Source: Candidatus Eiseniibacteriota bacterium (GTDB lineage Bacteria; Eisenbacteria; RBG-16-71-46). From it: DNA of 64,000 bases. Both the position numbers and the translations under genes were made by a program. Each line of letters begins with the position of its first letter. The first letter of the stretch is position 1. The stretch is taken from NCBI GenBank assembly GCA_963725865.1, contig CAVSAC010000014.1, positions 1,408,001 to 1,472,000 of the forward strand. Reading direction: 5' to 3'. Under the pieces are notes generated by a model. That model ran no database searches, had not been told where the DNA came from, and worked only from the letters and a program-made list of their open reading frames with translations. This document shows, piece by piece, positions 39,950-51,005 of this stretch.

Positions 39950-42268
39950 ATGCCGAAGACTCTCGCGCGCAAGCGCTCCCGCCGCGCTCCCGTCGTCCAT
40001 CGCACCACCTCGGTCGGCACCGACGTCCCGCGCGTCGAGGGCGCCGACAAGCTCACCGGGCGGGCGCTCTACCTGGACGACCTGACCGTTCCGGGCGTGC
40101 TCCACGGCCGCACCGTGCGCTCCACGATCGCGCGCGGGCGGGTGAAGTCGATCACGTTCGATCCGGCGTTCGACTGGTCCGACGTCGTGGTGGTGGACCA
40201 CCGCGACCTGCCGGGGCCCAACGCGATCGCCCACATCGTCGCGGACCAGCCGTGCCTGGTGTCCGACGTGGTGAGCCATGCCGAGGAGCCGATCGTGCTG
40301 GTGGCGGCGCCCTCCGCCGAGCGGGCCGAGGCCGCGGCGCGCGCGGTGCGGATCGAGTACGAGGTGCTCGAGCCGGTGCTCACGCTCGAGGACGCGCTCG
40401 CCCGGCGCACGGTGATCCACGGCACCGAGAACCTGCTCAAGGAGATCACGATCGCGCGCGGCGATCTGACGCGCGGCTTCGAGCAGGCGGACGAGGTGAT
40501 CGAGGGCGTGTATCGCACCGGCCACCAGGAGCACATCTACATCGAGAACAACGGCATGCTCGCCGAGCGCACCGCCGACGGCGGGCTCGTCATCCGCGGC
40601 TCGCTGCAGTGCCCGTACTACGTGCACCACTCGCTCACGCACCTGTTCGGTCTGCCGGACGACAAGGTGCGCGTGATCCAGACCGTCACCGGCGGCGGCT
40701 TCGGCGGCAAGGAGGACTATCCGTCGATGATCGCCGCGCACGCGGCACTGCTGGCGTGGAAGAGCGGCAAGCCGGTCAAGCTCGTCTACGACCGCGCCGA
40801 GGACATCGCGGCCACCACCAAGCGGCATCCCTCGCAGGTGCGCATCCGCGCCGGCGTGAAGCGCGACGGCACGCTCACCGCGCTCGAGATCGACGTCCTG
40901 ATGGACGGCGGCGCGTACGTGACGCTCTCGCCGGTCGTGCTCTCGCGCGGCGCGCTGCACGCGACCGGGCCGTACCGCTGCGAGAACGTGCGCATCCACG
41001 CCCGCGCGGTGGCGACCAACACGCCGCCGAACGGCGCGTTCCGCGGCTTCGGCGCGCCGCAGACGCTGTTCGCCGCCGAGTGCCACATGGACCGCATCGC
41101 CGAGGTGCTCGGCATGGACCCGGTCGCGCTGCGGCGTCACAACGCGTTCCGCGTGGGCGACGTGACCGCGACCGGGCAGACGCTCTCGGTCAGCGTGGCG
41201 GCGCACGAAGTGCTCGAGGCCGCGGTCAGGACCGTGCGGTGGAGCGCGGCGCGCGCGCGCATCGAGAAGGCGAACGCGGCGGCGGCCGCGGCCGAGCACC
41301 GGGGCAAGGTGGCGTCCGGAGGGCGCCGGCTGCGGCGCGGCCTCGGGCTCTCGCTGGTGCACCACGGCGCGGGCTTCACCGGCAGCGGCGAGGTGACGCT
41401 GGCGTCGCTCGCGGCGATGGATCTGTTGCCCGACGGCCGCCCCCGCGTGCTGGTGGCGAACACCGAGATCGGGCAGGGCGCGACCACGATCTTCTCGCAG
41501 ATCGCGGGCGAGGCGCTGGGCGTGCCGTCCTCGCTCGTGGTGGTCGAGCAGCCCGATACCGCGCACGTGCCGAACAGCGGGCCGACCGTGGCGTCGCGCA
41601 CCACGATGGTGGTGGGCGGCCTCGTGCAGCAGTGCGCCGAGGAGCTGCGGCGGCGGCTCGAGCTGTTCGCCGAGCGGGCGCTCGATGGCGCCGAAGACTT
41701 CCGCCGCGTGGCGAAGCGCTTCGTGCAGCAGCGCGGCGCGCTGCGCGTGGAGCAGCGCTACCAGCCGCCGCCCGGGATCTCGTGGGACGACCAGCACTAT
41801 CGCGGCGACGCGTACGGCTGCTTCGGCTACGCATGCTGCGTGGTCGAGGTCGAGGTCGATCTGGACACCGGCGAGACACGGGTGATCGACACCTGGATGG
41901 CGGTCGACATCGGCACCGTGATCCATCCGGTGCTGGCGGGCGGCCAGGTCGAGGGCGGCGCGCTGCAGGGTCTCGGCTGGGCGCTGCTCGAGGAGGTGCG
42001 CTGGAAGGACGGGCGAATCTGGAATGCCTCGCTCACCAACTACATCATCCCAACCGCGGCCGACGCGCCGCCGCTGCACGTCGAGTTCGTGCCGGCGCCC
42101 TACGCGCACGGCGCATTCGGCGCCAAGGGCGTCGGCGAGCTGCCGATGGACGCGCCGGCGCCCGCGGTGATCGCGGCGATCGCGCACGCGACCGGCGCGC
42201 GCCTCGACGAGATCCCCGCCACCCCCGAGCGCGTGCTGCGTGCCATCGCCAAGGGAGGCGCGCGATGA
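39950..42268 (+). CDS. Xanthine dehydrogenase family molybdopterin-binding subunit
   Basis: GGGFGGK, AFRGFG, EIGQG, GQVEGG..QG and AKGVGE. Confidence 0.95.
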   Translation: MPKTLARKRSRRAPVVHRTTSVGTDVPRVEGADKLTGRALYLDDLTVPGVLHGRTVRSTIARGRVKSITFDPAFDWSDVVVVDHRDLPGPNAIAHIVADQPCLVSDVVSHAEEPIVLVAAPSAERAEAAARAVRIEYEVLEPVLTLEDALARRTVIHGTENLLKEITIARGDLTRGFEQADEVIEGVYRTGHQEHIYIENNGMLAERTADGGLVIRGSLQCPYYVHHSLTHLFGLPDDKVRVIQTVTGGGFGGKEDYPSMIAAHAALLAWKSGKPVKLVYDRAEDIAATTKRHPSQVRIRAGVKRDGTLTALEIDVLMDGGAYVTLSPVVLSRGALHATGPYRCENVRIHARAVATNTPPNGAFRGFGAPQTLFAAECHMDRIAEVLGMDPVALRRHNAFRVGDVTATGQTLSVSVAAHEVLEAAVRTVRWSAARARIEKANAAAAAAEHRGKVASGGRRLRRGLGLSLVHHGAGFTGSGEVTLASLAAMDLLPDGRPRVLVANTEIGQGATTIFSQIAGEALGVPSSLVVVEQPDTAHVPNSGPTVASRTTMVVGGLVQQCAEELRRRLELFAERALDGAEDFRRVAKRFVQQRGALRVEQRYQPPPGISWDDQHYRGDAYGCFGYACCVVEVEVDLDTGETRVIDTWMAVDIGTVIHPVLAGGQVEGGALQGLGWALLEEVRWKDGRIWNASLTNYIIPTAADAPPLHVEFVPAPYAHGAFGAKGVGELPMDAPAPAVIAAIAHATGARLDEIPATPERVLRAIAKGGAR

Positions 42269-42950
42269 AGCCGCGGGTGACGCTGACGCTCACCGTGAAC
42301 GGCGCGAAGCGCCGGGTGCAGGCCCCGCCGATGAAGCGACTGCTCGACGTGCTGCGCGAGGAGTGCGGCCTGACCGGCACCAAGGAGGGCTGCGGCGAGG
42401 GCGAGTGCGGCGCGTGCACCGTGCTGATGGACGGCCGCGCCGTGAACTCCTGCCTGGTGCCCGCGGTGCAGGCCGACGGCGCGCGGATCGTGACGGTCGA
42501 GGGACTCGCGAAGGGCTCGCGGCTGTCGAGTCTGCAGCAGGCGTTCCTCGAGTTCGGGGGTGCTCAGTGCGGCATCTGCACGCCCGGCATGCTGGTGACC
42601 TCGATGGAGCTGCTCGAGCGCGCGAAGGGCCGGGTGCCCGGCGAAGACGAGGTGCGCGAGGCGCTGTCGGGGAACCTGTGCCGCTGCACCGGCTATCAGC
42701 GGATCGTCGATGCGGTGCGCGCCGCCGCCCGGATGGGTCGCAAGCCGGGGGCGAAGCCGCGCGCCGCGGCCCGCAAGCGCACCGCGTCGCGGCGCCCGGC
42801 CCGCGCGCGGACGGCGGGCGCCGCGAGCCGTGCGCGCGCGCGAGCCGCGACGCGCACGCGCTCGGTGCGGGCCGGCGCAAAGCGCGGCGTGGTCCGGCGC
42901 GCCGGAGCCAAGCGCCGCGCGACGAAGCGAGCGACGAGGAGGACCGCCCG

Positions 42951-42954
<4 letters not shown>
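42265..42954 (+). CDS. (2Fe-2S)-binding small subunit (XdhC/CoxS-like) with long basic C-terminal tail
   Basis: GTKEGCGEGECGACTV, QCGICTPG and GNLCRCTGY. ATGA overlaps on both sides. Confidence 0.95.
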
Positions 42955-43838
<884 letters not shown>

Positions 43839-44000
43839 CGCCGCGGCCGCACGGGGCCTCCGCCGGGGCGCGCGGAGGACCGCGGGTTCAGCGGCCGCCC
43901 GTTGTGGCCGATGACTCCGTCACGACCCGCGCGCTCGCGCGTGGGCCTGGATTCCAGATCTCGGCGCGCCCGCGCCGGACCGGCCGCGACAGGAGTGGAC

Positions 44001-44162
44001 ATGCGGTGGATGCTCGTGCTGCTCGTCTCCAGCATCACCGGCGCGGCCGGCTGGTGGCTCGGCGCCTTCATGGGGTTCTACGCGGCATTCTTCGTGAGCC
44101 TCGTGGGCACCGCGGTCGGCGTCTACTTCGCGAACCGGCTCGCGAAGCACTACCTGCCCTGA
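44001..44162 (+). CDS. Small two-TM membrane protein, 53 aa
   Basis: AGGAG RBS, ATG 44001 and two hydrophobic stretches. Confidence 0.7.
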   Translation: MRWMLVLLVSSITGAAGWWLGAFMGFYAAFFVSLVGTAVGVYFANRLAKHYLP

Positions 44163-44420
44163 CGGTCCTCGCCCCGCACCCGGTCGCGGTGCGGATCCCC
44201 GGCGGCCCGCCCGCCGGCCGCCGGCGCCTGCGGTGCGCGTTCGCGCCCGCGCCGGGCCCGCGCGCCGTGCGCTTCGCACGCTGCCGTTCAGAACCCCCCG
44301 CAGCGCGCCGATAACCGCAGCAGCCGTACCCGGTTGGTGCCGCTGTGGGCTCCACCGGCCACGACCACCAGCTTCGTGCGATGTCCGGCTCCCTCGCCGC
44401 CTTCGAACGGGAGACAGAAC

Positions 44421-44888
44421 GTGTCCGACAGCACTCATCCTACGATCTCCGACATCACGCTGGCGCTCGCGCGCCTGGCGGATCGAGTCTCGGAGTCGAA
44501 CGCCATCGGGCTGGAGCCCTACGTGCGCTACACGCTGCGTCGCGCACTGCAGGAGCTCGAGCTGCACATCCCGGGGCTCGACGATCCGCCCGACTCCGAA
44601 TCCGCGCAGCGCTACGCCATCGCCGCCGAAGCGGCGCTCACCCGCGGCCAGGACCGCGAGGCGCTCGCGCGCGCGCTGCGCGGTCTGGCGTGCTCGCCGC
44701 ACCACCCGCAGCTGTTCTTCCTCGCCGGCTCCGCGTGCTTCGAGCTGGGCGCGGTCGAGGACGCGCTGCGACTGCTCTATCACACGCTGTGGATCCACCC
44801 CGGGCACGTACGCGCCCGGCAGGACCTCGAGGCCATCACGGGATTCCTCGAGGAGACCGGAGAGGACGAAGGGGATATCGCCGCTTGA
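44421..44888 (+). CDS. TPR-containing protein
   Basis: GGGAG RBS with GTG 44421 and a TPR-like helix pair. The stop overlaps the next gene's TTG. Confidence 0.7.
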   Translation: MSDSTHPTISDITLALARLADRVSESNAIGLEPYVRYTLRRALQELELHIPGLDDPPDSESAQRYAIAAEAALTRGQDREALARALRGLACSPHHPQLFFLAGSACFELGAVEDALRLLYHTLWIHPGHVRARQDLEAITGFLEETGEDEGDIAA

Positions 44889-46102
44889 AGATCCTGCTGC
44901 TCGCAGACGGGCTCGAAGCGTCGTGGCTCGACGAGCCGGCGCTCTGGCTGCACGACCTGGCGGCACGCTGGGTCGCGCGGGGCCACCGCGTGCACGCGTT
45001 GTGCGTGCACCCGGTCGAGTCGTGGCAGCAGCCCGAGGACCCGCCCGGGATCACCGTGTGGCGGCCCGAGCGCGACGCGTTCGAGGCGGTGCTGGGTGAG
45101 GCGCTGGCGCTGGAGCCCGACGTGGTGCACGTCGCCTCCTCCGGCCCCTACGGCCCGCGCGTGGTCGAGATCCTGCGCGAGCTGCCGCTGCTGCTCGACG
45201 TCTACGATGACTGGCCGATCTGCCCGAACCACGACCTGTTGCGCCGGCCCAGCCTGGAGCCGTGCGGCGAGCACTATCCGTTCGCGGGCTGCGGTCCCTG
45301 CGCCGGCCTCTCGCGACTGCGCGCGATGGAGGAGAAGATCGAGCTCGCCGCGAGCGCGCGCCTCATCGTCGCGCACTCGGCGTACAACCGCGTCCGGCTG
45401 AGCACCGGGCTCGGGCGTCCGGTGGAGCTGGTGCCCTACGGCATCGAGCTGGCGCGTTTTTGCGAGCAGCCGGAGCCGCCCACCGCGCCCGAGCTGCGCG
45501 CGATGTTCGACGCGCGCGATCGTCCGCGCGTGCTGTTCCTGGGCCCGCCGTCGCATGCGCGCGGCGCGGGCAAGCTGCTCGACATCGCGGTCGCGGTGAG
45601 CGCGCGGGTGCCGGACGTGGAGTTCGTGGTGGCCGGTCGCGATCCGCTGAACCCCGACTGGGACCAGGTGTTCCACGCCGAGGCGCTGGAGCTGGGCCTG
45701 CGCGAGCACGTGCGTGTGCTGCCGCGCGTGCTGCTCGCGGACCTGCCCGGCCTCTACGCCTCGTGCCAGCTCGCCATGGCGCCGCTCGTGCACCAGGAGC
45801 CGGGCGGGCTCTTCCTGCTGCAGGCGCTCGCGACCGGGATGCCGGTGATCGCGAGCCCGCTCGGCGCGGTGCAGGACCTCGTGCGCCAGGGCGAGGAGGG
45901 CCTGCTGGTGCCGCCGCGCGAGATGTCGGCGTTCGCGAACGCGATCTGCACGCTGCTGCTCGATCCGATGGCGCGCATGGCGTTCGGCGAGAGCGGCCGC
46001 CTGCGCGTCGTGGAGAACCACGACATCGAGCGCAGCGCGCACGCGCTCGACCTGCTCTACGACCGCCTGCGGCCCCGCCCCGCGCGACGGGCGGTCGCCT
46101 GA
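44885..46102 (+). CDS. Glycosyltransferase family 4 protein
   Basis: KILLL start, RGHRVH, PDVVHV, EPGGLFLLQALATGMPVIAS and GLLVPP. Confidence 0.88.
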   Translation: MKILLLADGLEASWLDEPALWLHDLAARWVARGHRVHALCVHPVESWQQPEDPPGITVWRPERDAFEAVLGEALALEPDVVHVASSGPYGPRVVEILRELPLLLDVYDDWPICPNHDLLRRPSLEPCGEHYPFAGCGPCAGLSRLRAMEEKIELAASARLIVAHSAYNRVRLSTGLGRPVELVPYGIELARFCEQPEPPTAPELRAMFDARDRPRVLFLGPPSHARGAGKLLDIAVAVSARVPDVEFVVAGRDPLNPDWDQVFHAEALELGLREHVRVLPRVLLADLPGLYASCQLAMAPLVHQEPGGLFLLQALATGMPVIASPLGAVQDLVRQGEEGLLVPPREMSAFANAICTLLLDPMARMAFGESGRLRVVENHDIERSAHALDLLYDRLRPRPARRAVA

Positions 46103-46246
46103 CGAGCGGCGCCTCGGCGGTCCGCGAGGCGCGGTGGGCGCGCGCGGACGCCGCGCCGGCGGTGGCAGTACCTGGGACGATATGGGAGACTGGCGGCGCG
46201 CCGATCGACTGAACCCCCGTCGGCACCGTCCGCCCGGAGGTCGTCC

Positions 46247-48440
46247 ATGCAGCCTTCCGCCACGGCGCCCGTGTCCGTCTCGAGGACGGAAAAGCCGGAC
46301 GCCTCGACGCTCGAGAGACTCTTCCGACCGCGTTCGGTCGCCGTCATCGGAGCGTCCCGCGACACCTCCACGGTGAGCGGCGCGGTGTTCAAGAACCTGC
46401 TCGCGAACCGCTTCAACGGCCCCGTCTACCCGGTGAATTCCAAGGCCGCGGTCGTCCAGTCGGTGGCGGCCTACCCGGACCTCGCCGCGATCCCCGGCGA
46501 GGTGGACCTGGCGGTGATCGTGGTGCCGAGCCGCATGGTGGTCGCGACCGTCGAGGAGTGCGGCGCCAAGGGTGTGAAGGCGGTGGTGGTGATCAGCGCG
46601 GGCTTCCGCGAGGTGGGCGAGGAGGGCGCGGCGCTCGAAGGGCGCCTGCTCGAGGTCGTGCGCCGCTACGGCATGCGAATGGTCGGCCCCAACTGCCTCG
46701 GGGTCATCAACACCGAGGAGGCGGTGCGCCTCAACGCCCAGTTCGCGCCGACCGCGCCGCCCGCCGGCAGCGTCGCGGTGTCGTCGCAGAGCGGCGCGCT
46801 CGGGCTCGCGATCCTGCAGTACGCGGCGACTCTCAACATCGGCGTCTCGCACTTCATCAGCGTCGGCAACAAGGCGGACGTGTCGGGCAACGACCTGCTG
46901 GAGTTCTGGGAGCGGGACGCCGGCACCAAGCTGGTCCTGCTCTACCTGGAGTCGTTCGGCAATCCACGCCGCTTCGTCGAGATCGCGCGCCGCGTCGCGC
47001 GCACCAAGCCGATCATCGCGGTGAAGAGCGGTCGCACGCTGCGCCGGCGTGCGGGCCGCGTCGTCGCACACCGGCTCGATCGCCGGCGCCGACACCGCGG
47101 TCGACGCGCTCTGCCGCCAGTCGGGCGTGATCCGCACCGACACCATGGAGGAGCTGTTCGACGTCGCGATGGTGCTCGCGAACCAGCCGGTGCCGCGCGG
47201 GCGGCGGGTCGGGATCGTGACGAACGCGGGAGGGCCGGGCATCATGGCCACCGACGCGTGCGAGAGCCACGGGCTCGAGGTGCCGATCCTCACCGACGCC
47301 ACGATCGCGCGGCTGCGCGGGTGGCTGCCGCTCGAGGCGTCCGTCAAGAATCCGGTGGACATGATCTCCTCCGCGACGCCCGAGTCGTTCGAGAAGGCGG
47401 CGGCCGCGGTGCTCGCCGATCCGAAGATCGACGCGCTGCTGGTGCTCTACGTGCCGCCGATCGTGACCAACGCGAGCGAGGTGGCCGAGAGCATCGTACG
47501 CGGCGTCGCCGAGGCCACGCGGCTCGCGGACCTCGAGAACCGCCCGCACAAGCCGGTGCTGTCGTGCTTCCTCGGCACCCACGGCCTGCAGGAGAGCATG
47601 GCCACGCTGCACGAGGGACGCATCCCGTCGTACGTGTTCCCGGAGTCGGCCGCCATCGCGCTGGCGCGGGCGGTGCACTACGGCGAATGGCGGCACGCGG
47701 CGCCCGGGAGCCCGCGCACGTTCGCGGTCGATCGCGCCCGCGCCGCGCGCGCGATCGCACAGGCCGCAGCGCGCGGGCCCCGAACCTGGCTCGACCCCGA
47801 CGAGATCGCGGAGGTGCTGGCGGCCTACGGCATCCCGCAGCCCGCGTCGAAGCTCGCGCGCGGCGAGGACGAGGCGGTGGGCGCGGCCCGCGCGCTGGGC
47901 TACCCGGTCGTGCTCAAGCTCCACTCCCGCACGCTCACCCACAAGTCCGACGTCGGCGGCGTGGCGCTCGACCTGCGCGACGACGACGAGGTGCGCGAGG
48001 CGTGGCGGCGCATGCGGCAGCAGCTCCAGGCGGTCGACAAGCTCGACCAGATGGAGGGCGGCACGCTCCAGCCGCTCCTGAAGGAGGGGCTCGAGACGAT
48101 CGTCGGCATGACGCGCGATCCCAAGTTCGGGCCGATGGTCATGTTCGGGCTCGGTGGCATCCACGTCGAGATGCTGAAGGACGTCGCGTTCCGCCTCGCG
48201 CCGCTCACCGACCGCGACGCGCGCGAGATGGTGCGGGAGGTGCGCGCCTATCCACTGCTCGCGGGCTACCGCGGCGCGCCGCCCGCCGACGTGCCGGCGC
48301 TCGAGGAGACGCTGCTGCGCATCTCGCAGCTCGCGGAGTCGCACCCCGAGATCGGCGAGCTGGACCTCAATCCGGTGCGCGCGCTGCGGCCCGGGAACGG
48401 CGTGATGGCCATCGACGCTCGCATTCGGCTCGAGGGCTGA
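46247..48440 (+). CDS. Acetate/acyl-CoA ligase (ADP-forming) family, CoA-binding plus ATP-grasp (frameshift near 47041)
   Basis: PRSVAVIGAS, GPNCLG, SQSGA and KSGRT, continuing in the +1 frame with AASSHTGS, TNAGG, NPVD, HKSDVGGV and ELDLNP. Confidence 0.9.
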
Positions 48441-48444
48441 GCGC

Positions 48445-49287
48445 ATGGCGTGGACGCCGCGTCACGTGCCCGTCGGGCGCCTCGCGGCGCTGGCCGCCAT
48501 CCTGGTCGCGGTGGTCGTCGTGGTGCGGCCGCACGGCGGTCCAGCCTGGCGCACGGTGGGACCCGGGCTCGAGTTCGCGTACGTCGACGGCGGCCACTGG
48601 TGCCGCGCCGGATCCGCGAACGTCGCGGTGCTACGCATCGATCCGCGCTGGGCGACCCTGCACGTGCGGCACTGCTCGCAGCGCGCCGACCGCCGCCCGC
48701 TCGACATCGTCGGCTGGCAGAAGGAGACCCGCGCCGCCGCGGTGTTCAACGCCGGCCAGTTCTACCCCGACCTCGCGTACATGGGGCTGCTGGTGAGCGA
48801 GGGGCGCACCATCTCGGCGCGCCCGCACGGGACGTTCCGCGCCGCGCTGGTGGCCGACCGCGTTCCGGGCGGCGGCGAGGCACACGTGCTCGATCTGCAG
48901 CGTCACCCGCTGAACCCGCGCGCGCCGGGATGGCGCGAGGTGGCGCAGTCCTTCATGCTGATCGACCAGGACGGCCAGGTGCGCGTGCGGCGCAGCGACC
49001 GCGTCGCCAACCGCACGGTGGTCGCCGAGGACCGGCACGGGCACCTGCTGGTGGTGGTGAGCGAGGGCGGCTACACGCTCTTCGACTTCGCCGAGCTGCT
49101 CAAGCACCTGCCGATCGAGGTCTCCCACGCGATGAGCATGGACGGCGGGAGCGAGGCCCAGCTGGTGGTGCGCACGCCGCGCTGGCGCTATGCCTCGTTC
49201 GGGCGCTGGGCGCACGATGGCGACGAGGCGCACACGCCCGCCGCGAGCACCTTGCTGCCGGCGGTGATCGAGGTCGGCGCGCGATGA
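48445..49287 (+). CDS. Phosphodiester glycosidase (NAGPA) family protein
   Basis: FNAGQF, RTVV and AMSMDGGSE motifs, with an N-terminal TM/signal. Confidence 0.8.
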   Translation: MAWTPRHVPVGRLAALAAILVAVVVVVRPHGGPAWRTVGPGLEFAYVDGGHWCRAGSANVAVLRIDPRWATLHVRHCSQRADRRPLDIVGWQKETRAAAVFNAGQFYPDLAYMGLLVSEGRTISARPHGTFRAALVADRVPGGGEAHVLDLQRHPLNPRAPGWREVAQSFMLIDQDGQVRVRRSDRVANRTVVAEDRHGHLLVVVSEGGYTLFDFAELLKHLPIEVSHAMSMDGGSEAQLVVRTPRWRYASFGRWAHDGDEAHTPAASTLLPAVIEVGAR

Positions 49288-49865
49288 GCGCGTTCCCCTG
49301 CGCGCGTTGCGGGCGCCCGGTGACGCGCGATCGCCGCTCCCGTCCGCCGCACATCGCGTGCCCGCGCTGCCGCTACCTGCTCTACGACTATCCGCGCGCG
49401 TGCGTGGGAACGCTGGTGATGAAGGAGCGCACGTTGCTCGTGCTGGTGCGCGGGCATCGGCCGCGCCGCGGCTTCCTGGACCTGCCCGGTGGCTTCCTGG
49501 ACGCGGGCGAGGACCTCGCCGCCGGCGCGCGCCGCGAGCTGCGCGAGGAGACCGGGATCACGGTCGGCGCGATGCGGCCGTTCGGGCTCTACTGGGACGA
49601 GTATCCGCTCGACGGCTTCGGGCGCTTCCCGACGCTCAACTTCTACTGGCTCGCGCGCTGGCGTCGCGGCGAGCCGCAGGCCGGCGACGATGCGGCCGAG
49701 GCGCGCTGGCTCTCGCTGGCCGCGGTGCGGCGCGCCCGCGCGCGCTTCGCGTGGCCGCACATGCACGCCGTGGTGCGCGACCTGGCGGCGACGCTCGCGG
49801 GGGGCCGCATCGCCGCGGCGCCGGGCGCGGCGCGGCGCTTCATGCTGGGGCGGCCGCGGGGCTGA
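49284..49865 (+). CDS. NUDIX hydrolase with N-terminal zinc ribbon
   Basis: CARC...CPRC and Nudix box GGFLDAGEDLAAGARRELREETGI. Confidence 0.9.
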   Translation: MSAFPCARCGRPVTRDRRSRPPHIACPRCRYLLYDYPRACVGTLVMKERTLLVLVRGHRPRRGFLDLPGGFLDAGEDLAAGARRELREETGITVGAMRPFGLYWDEYPLDGFGRFPTLNFYWLARWRRGEPQAGDDAAEARWLSLAAVRRARARFAWPHMHAVVRDLAATLAGGRIAAAPGAARRFMLGRPRG

Positions 49866-50112
49866 GACCCGAGCGGGGACACGGGAAAACGGCAGAACCT
49901 TGTCCTGTAGTCCTTTCGACTATCCGAGATTTTCTTCGTATTCCGCCCGGGTCTCTGCGACACTTCCGCCTTCGGGCTGGCCGCTCGCGCGCGATCCTCC
50001 ATCCCCTGGATGGTGCCCCGGTCGCGCGCGATCCGTACGGCATGCCGCGGTCGGACTCCCGAAGCCCGGCCAGAGGCGAAGGTGCTCTCGCACGGGGCAG
50101 GGAGGGTCGATC

Positions 50113-50937
50113 ATGGGAAACACCACTACCAGGCGGCTGCTCATCATGTCGGGCTTCGCGCTGTCGATCGGGTTCGCGAGTCTCGTGTCGTTCCCGATCG
50201 CGGCGGCGGCCACCTATCCCCCGCAGCTGCCTCCCCAGGCGCCGGGCAGTCCGAACATCCTGCCCACTCACACGACCTCGGTGATCTTCACCAACACGCA
50301 CTTCTATCCGGTCGGCCCCAATCCGAACGGCGTCGAGATCAAGGTCGACGTCCTCGACAACTACCTCGGCGACTTCACGAAGTACCAGTGGGTGTACACG
50401 GTCACGAACCACACCTTCGATCCGCTGCCCGGCACCTCGAACGGATTCTCGGGCTTCGAGCTCGCGCTGCCGCTGTTCGTGCCCGACATCGCGAACGTCA
50501 TCGCGCCCGACGGGATCGGGCCGTGGCTCATCAACTGCTGTTCCGGCCAGCCCGTCGAGTGGGATCTCAGCAACACCAACGGCGCGGGGGTCGGCGGCGG
50601 CACGATGCCCGGCCAGACCGAGGTGTACTCCTTCACCACGTTCCCGCGCCTCATCACGACGAGCACCGGCTGGTTCCACTCGTGGGAATCGGACCTCCAG
50701 GCCGAAATCATCACCTATCCCGCGGGGGACGGGCCCGAGGTACCGGACCTGCTCGCGCCTCCGAACGAGGAGCTCTGCTGTCAGGAGACCTCGCCGGGAA
50801 TCTTCAGCTGCACCATCCTCCCCGCCGGGCAGTGCGCCGCACTCGGTGGCCAGATCGTCATCGACTGCAATCACTGTCCTCCGGCCACTCCGGCCGAGCC
50901 GAAGAGCTGGGGTCAACTGAAGACGATCTACCGCTAG
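50113..50937 (+). CDS. Secreted beta-rich protein with Cys-rich tail ending in SWGQLKTIYR
   Basis: GGAGG RBS, ATG 50113, a signal peptide and a C-terminal motif shared with 32923-33675. Confidence 0.82.
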   Translation: MGNTTTRRLLIMSGFALSIGFASLVSFPIAAAATYPPQLPPQAPGSPNILPTHTTSVIFTNTHFYPVGPNPNGVEIKVDVLDNYLGDFTKYQWVYTVTNHTFDPLPGTSNGFSGFELALPLFVPDIANVIAPDGIGPWLINCCSGQPVEWDLSNTNGAGVGGGTMPGQTEVYSFTTFPRLITTSTGWFHSWESDLQAEIITYPAGDGPEVPDLLAPPNEELCCQETSPGIFSCTILPAGQCAALGGQIVIDCNHCPPATPAEPKSWGQLKTIYR

Positions 50938-50954
50938 TCGAACGAACACGGAAT

Positions 50955-50986
50955 TCGATGGGGCCATGTCATCATGGCCCCATCGA
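50955..50986 (+). terminator. Hairpin after the secreted-protein gene
   Basis: TCGATGGGCCATG...CATGGCCCCATCGA imperfect inverted repeat. Confidence 0.45.
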
Positions 50987-51005
50987 CCGTGTAAGGAACC
51001 CACGC

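Noticed and set aside
45210..45305. Cys cluster in the GT4 protein as a novel metal site
   Set aside because: Cys-rich inserts of this kind are common in GT4 N-terminal domains.
47030..47055. Programmed ribosomal frameshift in the acyl-CoA ligase
   Set aside because: There is no slippery sequence, and similar lone indels occur in unrelated genes, which favours sequence error.
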